A stretch of DNA of 33,124 bases from an uncultured Acidobacteriota bacterium (GTDB lineage Bacteria; Acidobacteriota; Terriglobia; Versatilivoradales; Versatilivoraceae). The stretch covers positions 11,766-44,889 of the forward strand of contig CAYWYX010000002.1 in the NCBI GenBank assembly GCA_964462735.1, written 5' to 3'. Shown one piece after another: positions 28,126 through 33,124 of this stretch; position 1 is the stretch's first letter, and every line of letters begins with the position of its first letter. Under the pieces are notes generated by a model. The model made no database searches. It worked only from the letters and a program-made list of their open reading frames with translations, and was not told the DNA's origin. The position numbers and the translations under genes are program-made.

Positions 28126-29625
28126 TTAGAATTGAACAAATTCAGGATCTTTTTCGTGGGCTGTTGTTTTGCTTCTGTTATTTTCTGGATCTATAGACAT
28201 TTCCCCACATCCTCGTCGCATTGGAAATATCTTTTTTGGATTAGCAAGATTATTGGGATTAAAAACACTTTTCAACTTGCGCATCACCTCGATAGCTTCT
28301 TCACTAAAAAAAAGAGGCATGAAATCTTTTTTTTCAAGACCAATCCCATGTTCTCCACTAAGTGTTCCGCCAGCTTCAACACAACAGCGCAATATATCTC
28401 CGGCTAATCCCAAAACTTTCTTTTTTGCATCTATCTGGTTAATGTCGTAAAGAATAATTGGATGAAGATTACCATCACCAGCATGAAAAACATTAGCCAT
28501 ACGTAATCCGTATTTCTTGCCGAGACCATCAATACGATTAAGAATTTCTGGGAGCTTGCTTCTTGGTATAACACCGTCCATGGTGTAGTAATTCGGGCTG
28601 ATCCGCCCGTAAGCCCCAAATGCATTCTTTCGTGCTGCCCAGAGTTTTTTTCGCTCGGAAGTAGTTTGAGCAATACGGACTTCTCTTGCTTCATAATCTT
28701 TGACTACTGATAGAATTTCATCCAGCTGTTGTTCGATGCCAGCTTCTATGCCATCAACCTCAATTAACAAAACTGCTTCAGCATCTAGAGGTATTCCTGT
28801 GGCATATACACCAGCTTCAATTGCCTGGATGGTGTTCTTGTCAATCATTTCTAAAGCAGCTGGAATAATTCCCCGTGAGATAATACCAGAGACTGTTTTA
28901 GTTGCATCTACGACTGAGTCATAAATAACTAATAAAGTTTTGACTGCTTGTGGTGAATAGATTAAGCGAACGGTAACTTCGGTAGCAATTCCCAAAGTTC
29001 CTTCGGAGCCAACAAACGTTCCAACTAAATCATACCCAACCTGATCACCAGCTATCGTTCCTATTTGGTAATCCTCCCCATTTGGCAAGACCACCTGTAA
29101 AGCTAATACGTGATTTGTAGTTACTCCGTACTTTAAGGTATGAGGCCCTCCAGCATTTTCAGCTACATTACCTCCAATTGTCGAGGCTACTTGACTTGAG
29201 GGATCAGGTGCATAGTGCAGGTTTATGTTTTCAGTTGCCTGAGTTACATGGAGGTTAACTACTCCGGGTTGAACATTGGCAAGACGATTATCTTGGTCAA
29301 TAGCTATGATCTTATTCATCCGAGAAAATTCCAAAATAATTCCCCCCGCTGCTGCTATAGCACCTCCGCTTAAGCTAGTGCCAGCCCCTCTTGCTAGGAA
29401 GGGAATCTTATATTTTTGGGCTAACTTAACAATTTTAATAACATCTGAAGTAGAGTTAGGAAAGACAACAAAATCAGGAGGACGGGTATGTAAAGTCAGA
29501 CCGTCACACTCATAGACGAGTAACTCCTCTGGTGTGTGAAGCACCCACTCTGGTCCAAGCAAAGTTACCAGTGATTTATGGATTTTGTTCAAAGACGAAC
29601 AATAATTGGAGTTGTCAACCTTCAT
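28126..29625 (-). CDS. glcD: Glycolate oxidase subunit GlcD-like (FAD-linked oxidase)
   Basis: YECDGL, ARGAGT.LSGG, YAPDPSS, GGNVAENAGGPH.LKYGVT, GSEGTLG, HAGDGNLHP and SGEHGIG.EK motifs. Confidence 0.93.
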   Translation of the reverse strand: MKVDNSNYCSSLNKIHKSLVTLLGPEWVLHTPEELLVYECDGLTLHTRPPDFVVFPNSTSDVIKIVKLAQKYKIPFLARGAGTSLSGGAIAAAGGIILEFSRMNKIIAIDQDNRLANVQPGVVNLHVTQATENINLHYAPDPSSQVASTIGGNVAENAGGPHTLKYGVTTNHVLALQVVLPNGEDYQIGTIAGDQVGYDLVGTFVGSEGTLGIATEVTVRLIYSPQAVKTLLVIYDSVVDATKTVSGIISRGIIPAALEMIDKNTIQAIEAGVYATGIPLDAEAVLLIEVDGIEAGIEQQLDEILSVVKDYEAREVRIAQTTSERKKLWAARKNAFGAYGRISPNYYTMDGVIPRSKLPEILNRIDGLGKKYGLRMANVFHAGDGNLHPIILYDINQIDAKKKVLGLAGDILRCCVEAGGTLSGEHGIGLEKKDFMPLFFSEEAIEVMRKLKSVFNPNNLANPKKIFPMRRGCGEMSIDPENNRSKTTAHEKDPEFVQF

Positions 29626-29635
29626 TTGTCCCTCA

Positions 29636-30628
29636 TTATAGCCCAGATTTGGTCTGGATAAGAGTTAAGATATCGTTAGTGAGAACTCCAGAAGTTACTG
29701 ACCATCCCGCTTCAGAACGGTTTTTGATTGCCATGGTGAGGGCGACTAAAGTAATTAAAAGGAGAATCCAGTAGAGTATTTTTGTAAAGAAACTCCCATA
29801 AACAGTGTCTCCTTGTTTGTTAGGATCAGGGAATAAAAGCCCTAAAAGAGCTCCAGATAGAGCTCCAGCGAAGTGAGCAGCATTATTTGCACCTATTATG
29901 ATTCCAAAGAAAAATGCGTAAATAATCCAATGGATGAGTTGTTGCTGTACCAGATTTCCCCAAGTGCCCCAGCGTTTAGAAATTACTACTGCCAAACCAA
30001 TGAGTCCAAAAACAGATCCTGAGGCACCTGCCGTGACTAGGAAAGGAGGATAGTACCAGTTACTAAAAATGAAGCTACAAATTCCTGTTGCGATATAAGT
30101 AAAAAAGAATCGTTCTCTTCCCAAACATTCTTCCAGAAGGGGGCCAATGAATATTAGTGCATAGGAATTGAAAAAAAGGTGGATTATTCCAATGTGAATA
30201 AATAGGCCTGAGATAAGGCGCCACCATTCACCTTGTGCAACATATGCTCCTATGTCTGCTCCCCAATTTATTAATGTTGTCCTGTCACCTCCAAAAATCA
30301 AAAGTCCTAAATCCTCTAAGGATGCATTTTGTTCAAAAGCAAATATAGATATAAAAAAAAGAAAATTAACTGTCAGAAGCGTAAAAGAAACAGGCATGTA
30401 TCTAGGAAAGAAATTAGTTAGTAGCTTGGCTAGTCCACTAGGGCGATAGTTCAGCTTGGCTCCACATAAGGAACAAAAAGATTCTGCATTACTGATAAGT
30501 GCCCTACAAGATGGACACATACGTGTGTTTACTCTGGTACCCCTAAAAATATTTTCCCAAGAATGGATTTGTTCTTCTAATCGGAGGGTAAGGCGTCGTA
30601 ATTTCCAGCGGAGACGAGTAATCAACAT
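29636..30628 (-). CDS. Rhomboid family intramembrane serine protease with an N-terminal zinc ribbon
   Basis: WWRL, F.H.G..H..FN, catalytic GASG and AAHFAG motifs; N-terminal CPSC-x10-CSLC. Confidence 0.9.
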   Translation of the reverse strand: MLITRLRWKLRRLTLRLEEQIHSWENIFRGTRVNTRMCPSCRALISNAESFCSLCGAKLNYRPSGLAKLLTNFFPRYMPVSFTLLTVNFLFFISIFAFEQNASLEDLGLLIFGGDRTTLINWGADIGAYVAQGEWWRLISGLFIHIGIIHLFFNSYALIFIGPLLEECLGRERFFFTYIATGICSFIFSNWYYPPFLVTAGASGSVFGLIGLAVVISKRWGTWGNLVQQQLIHWIIYAFFFGIIIGANNAAHFAGALSGALLGLLFPDPNKQGDTVYGSFFTKILYWILLLITLVALTMAIKNRSEAGWSVTSGVLTNDILTLIQTKSGL

Positions 30629-30782
30629 AATAAACTATAAACTAAAATAAATTCGAACCTATTAGAAGGATAGATTATGTTAAGTCAGTCGATATAGAGA
30701 GACAAGTGTCTTGAGAATTTTTTGTTGGCAAATCAGACTAGCAGTTGGCTGTTTGCTGAAAGAAAAAAGGTTGAAATTGTAC

Positions 30783-30810
30783 TAGACTCCGACTTAAAAA
30801 CTGCTATTAT
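30783..30810 (+). promoter_or_regulatory. Putative sigma70 (extended -10) promoter for ribH-nusB-lysS
   Basis: TAGACT-N16-TATTAT with TG one base upstream of the -10 hexamer. Confidence 0.35.
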
Positions 30811-30899
30811 CAAAGTTTAGATCAAGCTGATAGCATTATAGGTAAAGGGTTTCAGCGGAATAAGAGGAGTTTACGAACTCTATTAAGGAGAAATACAGG

Positions 30900-31388
30900 G
30901 TGGTAACCACTAGCCAGAAAAATTTAAATTCTCGTACCCTAAATCTCAATTCTCGAAGCTTGAAATTTGCAATTGTTGTTAGTCAATTTAACGATTTTGT
31001 GACGGATCGCTTACTTAGCGGTGCTTTAGATGCGCTATCTGATACGGGCACTTTGGAAACTGATGTTGATATTTTTAGAGTACCAGGTGCATTTGAAATT
31101 CCTCTTGTTGCTAAGAAAGTCGTGAAGACCAATAAGTATGACGCTGTGATTTGTCTTGGCGCTTTAATTCGGGGAGAAACTCCTCACTTCAGTTATATTT
31201 CCAGCGAGGTTACAAAAGGTATTGCTAGGGTTTCTTTAGAATCAGAGGTTCCAATAGCATTTGGAGTTCTTACTACTGAAAATGTGGAGCAGGCAATTGA
31301 TCGGGCGGGGCTCAAGTCTGCAAACAAAGGATTTGAAGCTGCTGTTTCGGCTATTGAGATGGCTAACATCCTCAAGCAATTTTGTTAG
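30900..31388 (+). CDS. ribH: 6,7-dimethyl-8-ribityllumazine synthase
   Basis: IVVSQFN, VPGAFEIP, LGALIRGETPHF, FGVLTT and NKG.EAA..AIEM motifs; AAGGAG RBS. Confidence 0.97.
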   Translation: MVTTSQKNLNSRTLNLNSRSLKFAIVVSQFNDFVTDRLLSGALDALSDTGTLETDVDIFRVPGAFEIPLVAKKVVKTNKYDAVICLGALIRGETPHFSYISSEVTKGIARVSLESEVPIAFGVLTTENVEQAIDRAGLKSANKGFEAAVSAIEMANILKQFC

Positions 31389-31426
31389 AGTTTAATTTTT
31401 AATTAGCATTCTGAGGAAACCTTTCA

Positions 31427-31858
31427 ATGAGTGGAAGAAGGAAAGGGCGTGAGTATGCTTTGCAAATGCTTTTTCAGTGGGATCTCTCCAAGGAGTCTTT
31501 CAAGAAGGTCAGCAGTTCATTTTGGACGCTGAATGAGGGTGTAGGTGTTCCAACGAAGGCCTTTGCAGATCATCTTACTGCTGGTACTATCCAACATATT
31601 AATCAGATTGATATCCTCTTGGCGCGCCATGCTGAGCACTGGCGAATTTCACGTATGGCTGTAGTTGACAGGAATATTGTTAGAATTGCTACTTTTGAAC
31701 TGATGTTCGAGAGTAAAACACCCAAAATAGTGGTTATTAATGAGGCTCTTGAAATTGCTCGAAAGTTTAGTACTTTTGATTCTGTCCAGTTCATTAACGG
31801 TATTCTTGACAGTATTCTTAAAGAGCTTAATTCCTTAGGGAGTAAAAATTTTGAGTGA
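31427..31858 (+). CDS. nusB: Transcription antitermination factor NusB
   Basis: RRKGRE.ALQ.LF, W...RM..VDRN, P..V.INEALE.A..F and FINGILD motifs; follows ribH. Confidence 0.96.
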   Translation: MSGRRKGREYALQMLFQWDLSKESFKKVSSSFWTLNEGVGVPTKAFADHLTAGTIQHINQIDILLARHAEHWRISRMAVVDRNIVRIATFELMFESKTPKIVVINEALEIARKFSTFDSVQFINGILDSILKELNSLGSKNFE

Positions 31859-33124
31859 ATCTAAATCTGAACAACATCTCATTGCTCAACGTTACAATAA
31901 GCTGAAGCAGATCAGAACTTTAGGTTATGCAGTTTACCCTAATACCTATAAGGCAACTCACTTTTTAGGGCAAATCCTGTCTCAACATCAAGATACTTCT
32001 AAATTAGAGTTAGAAGCTGAACGGATAAATGTGAAAGTTAGAGGTCGAATAGTTGCAATGAGAGGTCAGGGCAAGGCAGGTTTTATTAATTTATCAGACG
32101 GAGATCATCGCTTACAAATTTATCTGCGTAAAGATAATTTAGGTGAGAAAAATTTCCAACTTTATCGACTATTAGATCTTGGTGATTTTGTAGGTGTGGA
32201 AGGATATCTTTTTAGGACAAGAACTGAAGAGTTGACTGTCCATGCTGAAAATATTGTATTTCTAGCTAAATCGTTACTTCCACTTCCAGAGAAGTGGCAT
32301 GGACTGTCAGATGTTGAAATTCGTTATCGTCAGCGTTACTTGGATTTGATAAGTAACAAAAAAGTCCGAGCGGTATTTCAGACACGTAGCAAAATAATTA
32401 AGGGGATTCGGAATTTTTTAGATGAGATGAATTATATTGAAGTTGAAACTCCAATGATGCAAGTAGTTGCTGGAGGGGCTTCAGCTCGTCCCTTTAAGAC
32501 TTTTCATAACGCTCTTAATCTTCCGTTATTTTTGAGGATTGCTCCAGAATTATACTTGAAGCGTTTAATTGTAGGACAGTTGGAACGTGTTTATGAGATT
32601 AACCGGAACTTTCGTAACGAAGGAATTTCTACTCGACATAATCCTGAATTTACTATGGTGGAATTTTATCAGTCATATAGTGACTATTTCGAGCTGATGG
32701 ATTTAACAGAGAATTTAATGAAACGGCTAGCCCTGGAGATATTTGGCAGTCTGGAATTTGAGTATAATGGAGATCAAATCTCTTTCGATGTTTGGTCTCG
32801 TTATTCACTGAAGGATGCTATTCAAACATTCTGGCCTACGCGTGAGTTGTTTTCACTCAAATCACATGATTTGGAAGACACTGGGCGATTAAATTATATT
32901 TGCGAAAAATGGAACGAACATGCAATTTCAAATGAACTGGATCAAATACCTTTTAGGCAGAGTGATTCTAAAGGAAAAATTCTTGCAGGGTTATTCGATG
33001 TAGTTGTAGAAAAACACTTGATTCAGCCAACTATTATTTATGACTATCCATTAGAACTTTCTCCTTTAAGTAAAACTAAGCCTAGCGATCCCATGGTAGC
33101 AGAGCGTTTTGAGCTATTTATTGC
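31851..33124 (+). CDS. lysS: Lysine--tRNA ligase (class II), 3'-truncated by the window end; absent from the ORF track
   Basis: Manual translation from TTG 31851 (GGGAG RBS) stays open to the end: MSESKSEQ...GKAGF...PLPEKWHGL.D.E.RYRQRYLDL...EVETPMM...GGA.ARPF.T.HN...LRIAPELYLKRL...FRNEGISTRHNPEFT...ERFELFI. Confidence 0.97.
   Translation, partial: MSESKSEQHLIAQRYNKLKQIRTLGYAVYPNTYKATHFLGQILSQHQDTSKLELEAERINVKVRGRIVAMRGQGKAGFINLSDGDHRLQIYLRKDNLGEKNFQLYRLLDLGDFVGVEGYLFRTRTEELTVHAENIVFLAKSLLPLPEKWHGLSDVEIRYRQRYLDLISNKKVRAVFQTRSKIIKGIRNFLDEMNYIEVETPMMQVVAGGASARPFKTFHNALNLPLFLRIAPELYLKRLIVGQLERVYEINRNFRNEGISTRHNPEFTMVEFYQSYSDYFELMDLTENLMKRLALEIFGSLEFEYNGDQISFDVWSRYSLKDAIQTFWPTRELFSLKSHDLEDTGRLNYICEKWNEHAISNELDQIPFRQSDSKGKILAGLFDVVVEKHLIQPTIIYDYPLELSPLSKTKPSDPMVAERFELFI

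Noticed and set aside
444-31794. Short nested or antisense ORFs in the track (e.g. 444-713, 1670-2011, 11680-12642, 24663-24986, 28132-29774, 31193-31794)
   Set aside because: They lie within well-supported genes and have no motifs; they are shadow ORFs
1-33124. tRNA, rRNA, CRISPR arrays, IS elements, prophage genes
   Set aside because: No cloverleaf, regularly spaced repeats, transposase, integrase or phage motifs seen by eye; tRNAscan-SE and Infernal would confirm

Overview
This is an AT-rich chromosomal window (high-30s % GC by eye, not computed) of housekeeping and metabolic genes. It has 27 plausible CDSs, including a 3'-truncated lysS that the ORF track misses. I found no tRNA, rRNA, CRISPR array or mobile element. 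The gene content (HU variant, DUF1501 + PSD1/cytochrome c pair, BamB-like propeller, zinc-ribbon rhomboid, bactofilin) suggests an Acidobacteriota- or PVC-like heterotroph (inference). Order: BamB-like propeller, SDR, enolase-superfamily enzyme (+); PSD1/cyt c, DUF1501, secreted orphan, HU (-); amidohydrolase (+); apgM, URO-D-like protein, corrinoid protein (-); pyc, wzm-like permease (+); SAM methyltransferase (-); TonB-C protein (+); O-methyltransferase, YtnP-like hydrolase (-); dCMP deaminase (+); rhomboid, glcD, glcE, glcF, bactofilin, methyltransferase-like protein (-); ribH, nusB, lysS (+). Best candidates for undescribed biology: (1) a two-gene cobalamin module whose URO-D-fold partner has neither the HemE nor the MtaA zinc-cysteine signature; (2) a dCMP deaminase with what looks like a shrunken, dead P-loop kinase domain; (3) a wzm gene without wzt, placed directly behind pyc; (4) two long palindromes in the apgM/pyc divergent region; (5) a bactofilin with several possible start codons.
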